Below are positions 28,566 through 37,503 of a DNA stretch of 64,000 bases, in pieces. The notes under the pieces were generated by a model. It did not search any database. It worked only from the letters and a program-made list of their open reading frames with translations, and was not told the DNA's origin. The translations under genes were made by a program, and so were the position numbers. The stretch's first letter is position 1, and each line of letters starts with the position of its first letter. Source of the stretch: Nitrospirota bacterium (GTDB taxonomy: Bacteria; Nitrospirota; Thermodesulfovibrionia; Thermodesulfovibrionales; SM23-35); NCBI GenBank assembly GCA_040754395.1, contig JBFMCL010000006.1, forward strand, positions 35,197 to 99,196, read 5' to 3'.

Positions 28566-30026
28566 ATGAGTATCCGGAAATCCGACAAAGAAAGATTTGC
28601 GTCATTTATCATACTCTCGCTTGTTTCAGCAATGATGGTGTTTTTCTCTGCCATAATATCTTTTCCTGCACGTGCGGAAGACATAAAAGTATCAGAAAAA
28701 CCGTCGGATATCCTCTCCAGTATCGGGGCTGCGACCGCAGGGATTGTCGATTCGGTAAGGCCTGCGGTAGTGAACATCTCCACCATGAGAACGGTGAAGA
28801 TGCAGGGCGGTTATAATCCCTTTTTTGACGATCCCATGTTCAGACGTTTTTTTGGAGACCAGTTCAGGGTTCCGAAAGAACGTAAATCAGCCAACCTCGG
28901 ATCAGGTGTCATCGTAGATCCGAAGGGCTATATATTAACGGCAAATCATGTTATTCAGGGCGCGGAAGAGATCAAGGTTACCCTTTCTGACAGGAGAGAG
29001 TTCACGGGGAAGATTGTAGGAAATGATGCGATGACTGATATTGGGATAATAAAAATAGAGGCAAAAAACCTTCCGACAATACAATGGGGTGACTCTGACA
29101 AGCTGAGGGTGGGAGAGACGGTACTTGCGATCGGGAGCCCGTATGGCTTAAGTCAGACCGTAACCATGGGGATTGTAAGCGCTGTCGGACGGGCCAATGT
29201 CGGCATTGCTGACTATGAGGATTTTATCCAGACTGATGCCGCAATAAACCCCGGAAACTCGGGAGGGGCTCTCGTGAATGTCAGGGGGGAACTCGTGGGA
29301 ATCAATACTGCCATTTTCAGTACAAGCGGCGGTTATCAGGGGATAGGGTTTGCCGTGCCTACAAGCATGGCAAAATCAGTCATGGACAGCCTCATCAGCA
29401 AAGGAAAGGTTGTGAGGGGATGGATGGGGGTTACCATACAGCCTTTAACTCAGGAGCTTGCCAAACAATTCGGGATAGAGGATGAAAAAGGCCTGCTCGT
29501 AGGTGATGTTACGGAAGGAAGTCCGGCTGAAAAGGCCGGTATCCAGAGAGGAGATGTTATCGTCGAATTCGAAGGGAAAAAAATAGAAGACCCCAATCAG
29601 CTCAGGAATCTTGTAGCCAATACCGAGCCAGGGAAAAAAGTGAAGATGAAGATTATCAGGGAAAAAAAGACGGAAGTGAAGGTTATGACCATCACCGAAC
29701 TGCCTTCGGACAAGCAGGAATTGTCGAGGGAAGAGTATAACAATCTGTTGAGCGGTGTCTATGTGCAGGACATCTCTCCGGAAATCTCGGGAAGACTCAA
29801 CCTCCCCAAGAAGCTCAGGGGAGTTGTTGTTGCAAGTGTCGCGGATGACAGCCCTGCCGCGATGGTGCTCATGCAGGGGGATGTGATTCAGGAGATTAAC
29901 CGGCAGAAAATAACGGGAGTGAAGGAATATGAGAAGGTTGCGTCAAGGATTAAGGCGGGACAGGACATATTGCTACTTATATTCAGAGGAGGGGCATCTG
30001 TCTTCATAACGCTCTCGGAGAAATAA
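28566..30026 (+). CDS. HtrA-family periplasmic serine protease (DegP/DegQ-like, 2 PDZ), paralog 1
   Basis: AGGAGG SD before the ATG at 28566. Catalytic His/Asp/Ser blocks (TANHVIQGA, DIGIIKI, GNSGGALVN). Two PDZ-like regions. Confidence 0.9.
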   Translation: MSIRKSDKERFASFIILSLVSAMMVFFSAIISFPARAEDIKVSEKPSDILSSIGAATAGIVDSVRPAVVNISTMRTVKMQGGYNPFFDDPMFRRFFGDQFRVPKERKSANLGSGVIVDPKGYILTANHVIQGAEEIKVTLSDRREFTGKIVGNDAMTDIGIIKIEAKNLPTIQWGDSDKLRVGETVLAIGSPYGLSQTVTMGIVSAVGRANVGIADYEDFIQTDAAINPGNSGGALVNVRGELVGINTAIFSTSGGYQGIGFAVPTSMAKSVMDSLISKGKVVRGWMGVTIQPLTQELAKQFGIEDEKGLLVGDVTEGSPAEKAGIQRGDVIVEFEGKKIEDPNQLRNLVANTEPGKKVKMKIIREKKTEVKVMTITELPSDKQELSREEYNNLLSGVYVQDISPEISGRLNLPKKLRGVVVASVADDSPAAMVLMQGDVIQEINRQKITGVKEYEKVASRIKAGQDILLLIFRGGASVFITLSEK

Positions 30027-30053
30027 TGTGCGGATATTATAAAAACTCTCGAG

Positions 30054-30353
30054 GTGCTGAAAAAGCTGGAACTGACAGTAGAACGTCTGTATCTTTTTTA
30101 TCAAAAATTGTTTACATCCGATCATGATGCCTCTGCATTCTTCCATCAACTGAGTCTTGATGAGCAATCACATGCAGAAATTATCGACTACCAGATCAGG
30201 ATTATCAGGAAAAACAGGGGCCTTTTTAAAGATGTTGAGTATGACATTGAGACTCCTGCTCAGATGATATCTGACATTGAGAAATTGGTCAGCAAGAGAG
30301 AACATTTTGAGAAGATAAGAACCATGGCTGAGAGCAGGGGATACCTGGTATAG
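30054..30353 (+). CDS. Hypothetical helical protein (ferritin-like ExxH hint only)
   Basis: 99-aa ORF between the two HtrA genes. Contains LSLDEQSHAEII. No confident family. Confidence 0.4.
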   Translation: MLKKLELTVERLYLFYQKLFTSDHDASAFFHQLSLDEQSHAEIIDYQIRIIRKNRGLFKDVEYDIETPAQMISDIEKLVSKREHFEKIRTMAESRGYLV

Positions 30354-30557
30354 AGAAAACTGCATCAGGAAATTCAGAGTGTTTCCCGTCTCAGCAGACA
30401 TCGTTATCGCATGGAGCTGCAATAGTCCTCCACGGTGCTGTAACTGATTAAAATTAATGGATAATATTCCTTCATAACTTTTTCATATTCTCTTCGCAAT
30501 TTCTTCATAATGTTTATGTAATTTAATAAGAAAAAGAAAGCAACGGAAAGGAGAAGA

Positions 30558-32024
30558 ATGCTACTCAGAAAGAGGCCGCTGATCATCGCAGCAGTATTTG
30601 CCGTATTTGGAATCATTGTCGGGCTTGTCATGTCGTCGAATTTCGGCTTCCATGTGAAGGGGTATACCGATGACTCAAAAATAACGGAGAAATCGGTTCA
30701 GCTGCTTTCGAGAACCAACCAGGCGATGGCAGAGCTTGTCGCGGTTGTGAAGCCGTCGGTTGTCAATATCGCGTCAGTAAGAAAGGTGAAAAGCGGAGGA
30801 GTTCCCTCACCATTTACGAATGATCCTTTTTTCAGAAGATTTTTCGGGGATAATTTTGGTCCTCCCGAAAAACAGAAGGAATTCAAGAAGTCAGGTCAGG
30901 GTTCAGGAGTTATCGTGGACAAGGAAGGATATATCCTTACCAATAACCACGTTGTAAGGGGTGCTGACGAAATTAAGGTAACATTGTCAGACCAGAGAGA
31001 ATTCAGGGGCAAAGTGATAGGAGCAGACCCCAAGACCGATCTGGCTGTGATTAAGATTGATTCTGACAATCTGCCGGTGATTGCCATGGGAGATTCTGAC
31101 AGGCTGAAGGTTGGAGAAACTGTTCTCGCTGTGGGAAATCCCTACGGTCTGAGCCATACGGTTACTTCAGGGATAGTAAGTGCCACGGGACGGGCCAATG
31201 TGGGAATTGCTGATTATGAGGATTTTATCCAGACAGACGCTCCCATCAATCCGGGAAATTCGGGCGGAGCGCTTGTCAACATAAAAGGTGAACTCATAGG
31301 GATTAACACAGCGATATTCAGCACTACCGGTGGCTACCAGGGCATAGGTTTTTCGATCCCGAGCAATATGGCAAAAAATGTAATGGAGAGCCTGATTGCG
31401 CACGGAAAAGTTGTCAGGGGATGGCTCGGGGTCACCATACAGCCGTTAACTCAGGAACTTGTAAGGCAGTTTCATCTGAAAGATGACAAGGGCGTTCTTG
31501 TAGGCGATGTGAACGAGGAAAGTCCTGCGCAAAAAGCGGGTATCCTGAGGGGTGATGTGATCATTGAATACGACGGCAGAAAGGTTGATGGTGTGGTCGG
31601 TCTCAGAAATATGGTCGCAGGGACGGTGCCTGAACGTGAGGTCAGGATCCAGCTTCTGCGGGACGGAAAACCTCAGGCGGTTGAGGTAAGAATAACAGAG
31701 ATGAGTGCTGAACCACAGAAACTGGCCGGGACATTCGAGAATCAGCTGAAGGGGGTAGTTGTCCGGGATCTTACACCATCAATGAAGAAGACCCTTGATA
31801 TCCCGAACCGTATTAACGGAGTTCTGATAGCTGATATTGCAGACGAAAGTCCTGCAGATGATATGCTCAGAAAAAACGATGTCATCATGGAAATCAACAG
31901 GACAGGAATCGCGGACACCAGAGAGTATGAAAGGGCGCTATCGAAAATCAGGTCTGATGAGAATATCCTTCTCCTCGTGTTCAGGCAGAACTCAACCTTC
32001 TATGTAACTCTTTCATCGCAGTAG
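30558..32024 (+). CDS. HtrA-family periplasmic serine protease, paralog 2
   Basis: 488 aa. Same catalytic blocks as paralog 1 (TNNHVVRGA, DLAVIKI, GNSGGALVN). Long identical stretches to paralog 1 (GIADYEDFIQTDA.INPGNSGGALVN). Confidence 0.9.
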   Translation: MLLRKRPLIIAAVFAVFGIIVGLVMSSNFGFHVKGYTDDSKITEKSVQLLSRTNQAMAELVAVVKPSVVNIASVRKVKSGGVPSPFTNDPFFRRFFGDNFGPPEKQKEFKKSGQGSGVIVDKEGYILTNNHVVRGADEIKVTLSDQREFRGKVIGADPKTDLAVIKIDSDNLPVIAMGDSDRLKVGETVLAVGNPYGLSHTVTSGIVSATGRANVGIADYEDFIQTDAPINPGNSGGALVNIKGELIGINTAIFSTTGGYQGIGFSIPSNMAKNVMESLIAHGKVVRGWLGVTIQPLTQELVRQFHLKDDKGVLVGDVNEESPAQKAGILRGDVIIEYDGRKVDGVVGLRNMVAGTVPEREVRIQLLRDGKPQAVEVRITEMSAEPQKLAGTFENQLKGVVVRDLTPSMKKTLDIPNRINGVLIADIADESPADDMLRKNDVIMEINRTGIADTREYERALSKIRSDENILLLVFRQNSTFYVTLSSQ

Positions 32025-32081
32025 GAAGTTTGATGGCTGAAAAAGCAGCAACACAACATATCAGAAAAAGGTGGTGAAAAA

Positions 32082-32243
32082 ATGAAAGTCCATAAATGCA
32101 TGCAGTGTGACAACAAGACGCACCAGAAAGACGGTATTTGCGTTTCATGCAGGCTGGGCATCACGCAGATGTATACGGAACTTGCAGAACTGATGAAAAA
32201 GGACAAGAAATATACCCTGCGTACCCGCAAAACCTGCAGCTAA
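32082..32243 (+). CDS. Small zinc-ribbon-like protein (53 aa; below the ORF-track size cut-off)
   Basis: GGTGGTGA SD 5 nt before ATG. MKVHKCMQCDNKTHQKDGICVSCRLGITQMYTELAELMKKDKKYTLRTRKTCS has CxxC...CxxC. A strong hairpin follows. Confidence 0.45.
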   Translation: MKVHKCMQCDNKTHQKDGICVSCRLGITQMYTELAELMKKDKKYTLRTRKTCS

Positions 32244-32266
32244 CACAGGTTCTCCCCTCCTTACAT

Positions 32267-32300
32267 TCAGTCCCCCTCCTGTCAAAAGGAGGGGGACTGA
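32267..32300 (+). terminator. Perfect 14-bp stem-loop after the small zinc-ribbon ORF
   Basis: TCAGTCCCCCTCCT gtcaaa AGGAGGGGGACTGA, followed by ATTTCTCTC (T-rich but not a clean U-tract). Confidence 0.55.
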
Positions 32301-32427
32301 ATTTCTCTCCCGATCGCATCCCGAAGGCTTTGCAGGCATACGAGAAACTTTTTTGTGATATGAATCACATAAAAAAATTGTGATTGCCTTTAGACTGTTA
32401 ATAAGGGATGTTTTTTCTTTTTCTAAA

Positions 32428-32697
32428 ATGACATCATTCTATACAAACAAATACGAACGTGCGTTTCTTGATTGCAGGATTGAATATGTGTTCGATATGC
32501 AGTGCGGCGATACGTACGAGGGAATCATTGACAATATCAGCGAAGCAGGGTTCTGCCTTGTAACACAGACTCCCCTGCACGAGGGACAGGAAATCACCAT
32601 AAGAAGCATACTGTATTTTCCTTCTCAAACGGCGGTTGTGTGCTGGGTTACGCAGGATGAGAATGATTGTTACAGGGCGGGAATGAAATTCATTTAA
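32428..32697 (+). CDS. PilZ-like domain protein (RxxxR motif absent)
   Basis: GIIDNISEAGFCL matches the D/NxSxxG half of PilZ. The N-terminal RxxxR is not present (NKYERAF). Start uncertain (32380 GTG or 32428 ATG). Confidence 0.55.
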   Translation: MTSFYTNKYERAFLDCRIEYVFDMQCGDTYEGIIDNISEAGFCLVTQTPLHEGQEITIRSILYFPSQTAVVCWVTQDENDCYRAGMKFI

Positions 32698-33886
32698 TTT
32701 TCCCCGGATTCAGCAGACCGATTCTTTTCATGACTTCCGTGAGAGGTATCTTCAGTTTCCTGGCTGCCTTTTTGCAGTCTTCGTACTCAGGAATCATTTT
32801 TGTAATGTCCCTGCCGTCTCCGGAGAGCTTGACCCTTATCTTTCCAAATTCGGTGTCAATTACTCTGATTGCACGGTCAAGGATTTTTCTTTCTGTTTCA
32901 TGAAATCTCAGTCCGAGAGTCGGTGTTTCCGAGAAGATGATTTTTACGAGTGTTTCCAGACGTTCCCTGTGACAGAGAGCGGTCAGTTTCGTACCGGGCC
33001 TGGATTTTTTCATGATGATCTGTGTGAGGAAGACGTCAAGAGCCCCAGCCTTGTAGAGAAGCTCCATGACATATTCAAAAATCTGGGGATTCATGTCATC
33101 AATATTGGTTTCGATCACCATGATGCTGTCCCCGTTGCTGTTATCATGTGCTGAATGCATATTGCCTATCATGATTCTCAGTATGTTCGGCCAGTCACTG
33201 AAATTCCTGCTTCCGGCACCCAACGCCAAACTTGAAATTTCCATGTCGGGCATGTTGCCGAAGCCTGAGCAAATCTCTCTGATGATCGCGGCTCCTGTGG
33301 GGGTAGTCAGTTCACAAGGGACACCCCTGGAAAATACTGGCACTTTTTTCAGGATCTCTGCGGTAGCAGGGGCGGGTACCGGAAGCATGCCGGTCTCGGT
33401 ACTGACCATACCGCTTCCGAGATTGAGCGGGGATGAAAAAACTTTTTCTATGCCGAGCATATTCAGGCCGATCACTGTTCCGAAAATATCTATCAGGCAG
33501 TCGACAGAGCCGAGCTCATGCAGATGAACGCGATTGAATGCTACGCCATGGACCTTTGCCTCTGCGGTGAAAAGTCTTTTGAAAATCCTGAGACCCTTCA
33601 GCTTAATCTCATTTGAGAGAGACGATGAAAGGACGGTTTTTTCGACATCTTTCCAGCTTCTGATGACTTTTTGAACGCGTCCTGCTGCCGGGCGGAAGGT
33701 GACATCGACCTTGGTTGCGGCAAGGTGCGATCGCATTACTCTCCCGGACGTCAGACGGTAACCACTCAAAGGGATTTTTTTCAGTTCCCTGTTCAGATCC
33801 CTTAAAGGCAATCCTGCGTCAATTAATGCGCCGAGGCACATGTCTCCGCTTATTCCTGAAAAACAGTCGAAATATGCTGCTTTCAA
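32690..33886 (-). CDS. larC: LarC-family nickel-insertion protein (DUF111)
   Basis: MKAAYFDCFSGISGDMCLGALIDAG N-terminus and overall length typical of LarC. No larB or larE in the window. Confidence 0.85.
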   Translation of the reverse strand: MKAAYFDCFSGISGDMCLGALIDAGLPLRDLNRELKKIPLSGYRLTSGRVMRSHLAATKVDVTFRPAAGRVQKVIRSWKDVEKTVLSSSLSNEIKLKGLRIFKRLFTAEAKVHGVAFNRVHLHELGSVDCLIDIFGTVIGLNMLGIEKVFSSPLNLGSGMVSTETGMLPVPAPATAEILKKVPVFSRGVPCELTTPTGAAIIREICSGFGNMPDMEISSLALGAGSRNFSDWPNILRIMIGNMHSAHDNSNGDSIMVIETNIDDMNPQIFEYVMELLYKAGALDVFLTQIIMKKSRPGTKLTALCHRERLETLVKIIFSETPTLGLRFHETERKILDRAIRVIDTEFGKIRVKLSGDGRDITKMIPEYEDCKKAARKLKIPLTEVMKRIGLLNPGKIK

Positions 33887-34019
33887 AACAGATCTCCCTC
33901 CTGACGATGCTATTTTACCATCAAGCCGGAGCTTTTTTTACATTTCCGGGTTATTGCTTGACAAAAGATGTCCTTTGTAAGTTAATAAAAGAAAACACTC
34001 AGTTTTCTCCGGGGGAGAG

Positions 34020-35333
34020 ATGACAGCCAACCCGCATATCCTGAAAGACGGTAATCATATCGCTGTTGTAGGTGGCGGTCCCTCTGGTTCCTTTTTCAGC
34101 ATCTTTGTGCTAAAAATGGCAAAGATTATGGGAAAAGAGTTTCATATAACTGTCTTCGAGCCAAAGGATTTTACAAAAGAAGGCCCTCTCGGCTGCAACA
34201 GATGTGGCGGTATAATCTCCGAACTCCTCGTGCAGATGCTTGCAGTCGAGGGAATCAATCTTCCTGATTCCGTCGTTCAGCGAGGGATCAATGCCTACAG
34301 ACTGCATACCAATGAAGGATCTGTTGATATTGCCACACCTGCCCATGAGAAAACAATCGCAACTGTATATCGCGGGGGAGGTCCCAGGGGAACCGCGGGA
34401 ACACATAAAGAGAGCTTCGACAAATTTCTTCTTGATCTTGCGATAAAAGAGGGCGCTGTACATGAGGCGGTAAGAATAGACAGGATTGCATATACCGAGA
34501 AAGGGGCGGAATTATTTGCGAAAGAACAGAAGCTATGTGAGACGGATCTGCTGGTAGGCACGATCGGGATAAAGAGCCGGACATCCGAAGTCTTCGAAGC
34601 AATGGAATTCGGGTACAGAAGACCTGTTACCACTACTGCTTCAATAGCAGAAATAAGCATGGACGAGGCAGTCATTGCTGAATGTCTCGGGAATTCTGTG
34701 CATCTTTTTCTCCTCCCGGTCAGTAACATAAAATTTGCTGCAATGATTCCGAAGGATACGTATGTGACGGTGTGTATACTGGGAGAAGCTTTGGGAACGG
34801 AAACGGTAAGTGATTTTCTTGCACACCCGGTTGTCGGAGCGGTACTGCCTGACAGGGATCAATACTCCATTGAGTGCCGGTGTTTGCCGCTGATGAATGT
34901 GGGGGCGCCGAAAACGCCTTTTCATGAGAGAGTAGTAATATGCGGCGATGCAGGCTCAACAAGGCTCTTTAAGGACGGTCTTGGTGCCTCTTATATAATG
35001 GGGAAAGCAGCTGCAAAGACTGTGGTGTTTCATGGTGCGGGCAAGAGTGATTTCCAAAGGGAGTATTATCCGGTATACAAGAGCCTGATCGTTGATAACC
35101 GTTACGGAAGATTCCTTTTTAGAGTCACAGATATTGTAAAAAATCATTCATTGCTGACAAAAGGCATGCTGGAAGTTGTAAGAAAGGAACAAGCCGAGGC
35201 AGAGAAACCGGCGGTATTAAGTTCGATCCTCTGGGACATGTTTACCGGGAACGAGCGTTACAGGAATATATTCATGAGGTCTCTGCACGTTCCCATGTTT
35301 TATGACCTGCTGAAAGGAATAGCAAGAGTATAA
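34020..35333 (+). CDS. FAD-dependent oxidoreductase (geranylgeranyl-reductase-like)
   Basis: HIAVVGGGPSGSFFS dinucleotide-binding motif. ICGDAGS near the C-terminal FAD motif. 437 aa. Confidence 0.72.
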   Translation: MTANPHILKDGNHIAVVGGGPSGSFFSIFVLKMAKIMGKEFHITVFEPKDFTKEGPLGCNRCGGIISELLVQMLAVEGINLPDSVVQRGINAYRLHTNEGSVDIATPAHEKTIATVYRGGGPRGTAGTHKESFDKFLLDLAIKEGAVHEAVRIDRIAYTEKGAELFAKEQKLCETDLLVGTIGIKSRTSEVFEAMEFGYRRPVTTTASIAEISMDEAVIAECLGNSVHLFLLPVSNIKFAAMIPKDTYVTVCILGEALGTETVSDFLAHPVVGAVLPDRDQYSIECRCLPLMNVGAPKTPFHERVVICGDAGSTRLFKDGLGASYIMGKAAAKTVVFHGAGKSDFQREYYPVYKSLIVDNRYGRFLFRVTDIVKNHSLLTKGMLEVVRKEQAEAEKPAVLSSILWDMFTGNERYRNIFMRSLHVPMFYDLLKGIARV

Positions 35334-35346
35334 AACAGGAGGAAAG

Positions 35347-36222
35347 ATGACAGAAGGGGAACTTGGCAAAAAATATCAGGACGGCCAGATCATTTTCAAA
35401 GAGGGTGATGCCGGGGATAAAATGTATGCAATACAGGCGGGAGGAGTAAAAATAATGAAAAAGACCCATTCCGGCGAAGTGGCTATCGCGGTTCTTGGAA
35501 CAGGGGAAATATTCGGAGAAATGGCCCTGTTCGACAAAATGCCCCGCTCTGCGACTGCGGTTGCCTCCGGTGAAACCAGGATCCTCACCATAGACAAGAC
35601 CAAGCTTTTTCAGACAATAAGCAGAGACCCGACCCTTGTGTTCAAGATTATTGAATCAATGAGCCAGAGGATAAGGAAACTTGACGAAGAATTCTCGAAG
35701 CTGAAGAAGAACAAAATAGATATTCTGAGAATATTTTCGAATCTCGAAGAGACGTGCGTGTTTATTCTGGAGGAGGCGAGAAGTTTCATCAGGGCTGACA
35801 ATGGTTCCATCATGCTCTATGATGAGGGGATTCAAAGGCTCACGATCAGGTCTGCATTCGGCACGGACTGGGAGCCGAAGATAGTCATGGGGATAGGGGA
35901 AGGAGTTGCCGGAGATGTGTTGCGAACTGGCAAATCTGAACTTATCAATAACGTTTCGATGGACCCGAGGTTTAAGTCAGGAGCAGCCAGTATTACGTCC
36001 GTATTGTGTGTTCCGCTTAAGGGGAAGAGTCAGAATCCTGGCGTGATCAACATGAGCAGAAGTTCCGAGATATTATTCACTCTCGAGGATCTGAAATTGC
36101 TGAGGTCGATAGCAATGTATGCGTCGATTGCCATTGAAAATGCCCTGAACTTTTCGAAACTCAACAATGCAACCGATGAAATTCTGAGACACGCAACGTT
36201 GCTGGACATGTGCAATCTGTAA
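35347..36222 (+). CDS. Cyclic-nucleotide-binding domain + GAF domain protein (no DNA-binding or enzymatic output visible)
   Basis: cNMP-binding signature GEIFGEMALFDKMPRSATAVA. The C-terminal half has a GAF-like pattern (DNGSIMLYDE...GVAGDV...SVLCVPL). 13 nt after the oxidoreductase gene. Confidence 0.85.
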   Translation: MTEGELGKKYQDGQIIFKEGDAGDKMYAIQAGGVKIMKKTHSGEVAIAVLGTGEIFGEMALFDKMPRSATAVASGETRILTIDKTKLFQTISRDPTLVFKIIESMSQRIRKLDEEFSKLKKNKIDILRIFSNLEETCVFILEEARSFIRADNGSIMLYDEGIQRLTIRSAFGTDWEPKIVMGIGEGVAGDVLRTGKSELINNVSMDPRFKSGAASITSVLCVPLKGKSQNPGVINMSRSSEILFTLEDLKLLRSIAMYASIAIENALNFSKLNNATDEILRHATLLDMCNL

Positions 36223-36252
36223 CAGTCTGCTGTTTGCTTTTTTTCCTGCAAA

Positions 36253-36282
36253 TGTGACCAATCTGTAATTTCCCCTGTGGTA
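36253..36282 (+). promoter_or_regulatory. Heptamer-repeat element, copy 1 (upstream of sORF / CHASE2 cyclase operon)
   Basis: TGTGACC aatc TGTAATT tcccc TGTGGTA. The third heptamer embeds TGgTAGAGT (extended -10-like). Confidence 0.6.
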
Positions 36283-36311
36283 GAGTGTAAATAAAGAAAA
36301 AGGACTCATCG

Positions 36312-36416
36312 ATGTACGAGAAAATGCTCAGGGCACTTCTCCTTGATGATATAAAGGAAAAGGCAGATAGCCGGGATAAAGGGCAGCCCCTGAAGCAACT
36401 CTCTTCAAAAGAATGA
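36312..36416 (+). CDS. Candidate sORF (34 aa) downstream of element copy 1
   Basis: AAAAAGGA 8 nt before ATG. MYEKMLRALLLDDIKEKADSRDKGQPLKQLSSKE. No other support. Confidence 0.2.
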   Translation: MYEKMLRALLLDDIKEKADSRDKGQPLKQLSSKE

Positions 36417-36513
36417 GCCAATGTGTCTCTTGTTTTTCATGCAGCAATAGTATATGATTTGATACAAATAATGGAATAGTATTTGACTGGCTTTTTATCC
36501 TGTGGGGGGAGCC

Positions 36514-37503
36514 ATGTTAAAGGAGTTCATAAAGGAACGCCTTGTAAAGGCTTTCATTGTAGGAGCCATAATCGGCATGGCCGGGATAGGAATTAACCTG
36601 TTCCCTGCAGGAACTGCACTTGAGGAAAATTTCGGCCTTGACCTGCTGTTCACAATGAGAGGAACAAGGGTGCCTCCTGAAGATGTTGTTATTGTGAGCA
36701 TAGATAAGGAGTCGGCTGACAGACTCGACCTGCCTGAAGATCCCAGAAAATGGCCACGATTCCTCCATGCAAAGCTCATTGATGTGATAACTGCTGCAGG
36801 AGCAGCAGTTATTGTCTTCGATGTGAATTTTTCCGAGCCACGCTCGTCCCAGGAGGATAATAAACTTGCCGATGCAATGAGGAGATCCGGCAATACGGTA
36901 CTTTGTGAGTTCATGCAGATAGAAAATGTTCCCATAGACAATAAAACAGGCTCCACATACGGAGAAATGAATATTGCAAAAGTGGTGCCCCCGATACCGT
37001 CTCTTGCCCGGGCAGCATTTGCACGTGCCCCTTTCCCCCTTCCCAAAATATCAAATAAAGTCAGTCAATACTGGACATTCATGACATCAGCGGGAGACAA
37101 GCCCACGCTGCCCGTAGTCAGTTTCCAGATATTTGTCATGCAATATCACGTGGACTTTATTCGTCTTATGGATCGTGTCAATGCATATCATGCGGAAAAG
37201 CTCCGGCAAAGCCATAAGGATTTTGTGAAAAACCGGGGGATTGAAAAAGTCATACGTGATATCCGCCACATCTTTCAGGGAGATCCTCACATTGGTGCAG
37301 AAATGGTGAAAGAGCTGGAAAGTTCAAGAATACCATTTGATAATAAAACAAAGCATGCCGTGCTGCATTCTCTCATTACCCTCTATAAGGGAAATTCTCA
37401 CAGCCAGTATCTGAACTTCTACGGGCCTGCACGGACTATTACGACCTTGCCGTATTACATGGTATTGCAGCATGGTCTGCCCCCGGGAATACCTTGCCGG
37501 TGA
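36514..37503 (+). CDS. CHASE2-domain class III nucleotidyl cyclase, N-terminal fragment (frameshifted gene)
   Basis: N-terminal TM helix, then a CHASE2-like extracytoplasmic domain (...YLNFYGPARTITTLPYYMVLQHG). Stops at 37501-37503 in the middle of the domain. Confidence 0.8.
   Translation: MLKEFIKERLVKAFIVGAIIGMAGIGINLFPAGTALEENFGLDLLFTMRGTRVPPEDVVIVSIDKESADRLDLPEDPRKWPRFLHAKLIDVITAAGAAVIVFDVNFSEPRSSQEDNKLADAMRRSGNTVLCEFMQIENVPIDNKTGSTYGEMNIAKVVPPIPSLARAAFARAPFPLPKISNKVSQYWTFMTSAGDKPTLPVVSFQIFVMQYHVDFIRLMDRVNAYHAEKLRQSHKDFVKNRGIEKVIRDIRHIFQGDPHIGAEMVKELESSRIPFDNKTKHAVLHSLITLYKGNSHSQYLNFYGPARTITTLPYYMVLQHGLPPGIPCR

Noticed and set aside
30351-30424. In-frame TAG ending the 99-aa ORF, followed by 23 further sense codons before the next stop (possible read-through or pseudogene).
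   Set aside because: The extension (RKLHQEIQSVSRLSRHRYRMELQ) adds no recognisable motif. There is no evidence for stop-codon reassignment anywhere else in the window, where TAG terminates several well-defined genes.
37476-37503. Programmed -1 ribosomal frameshifting as the explanation for the split CHASE2 cyclase.
   Set aside because: There is no X-XXY-YYZ slippery heptamer with A/U-rich YYY in the overlap (the sequence is CUGCCCCCGGGAAUACC). No convincing downstream pseudoknot or hairpin was seen. An indel or sequencing error at the C5 run is more parsimonious.
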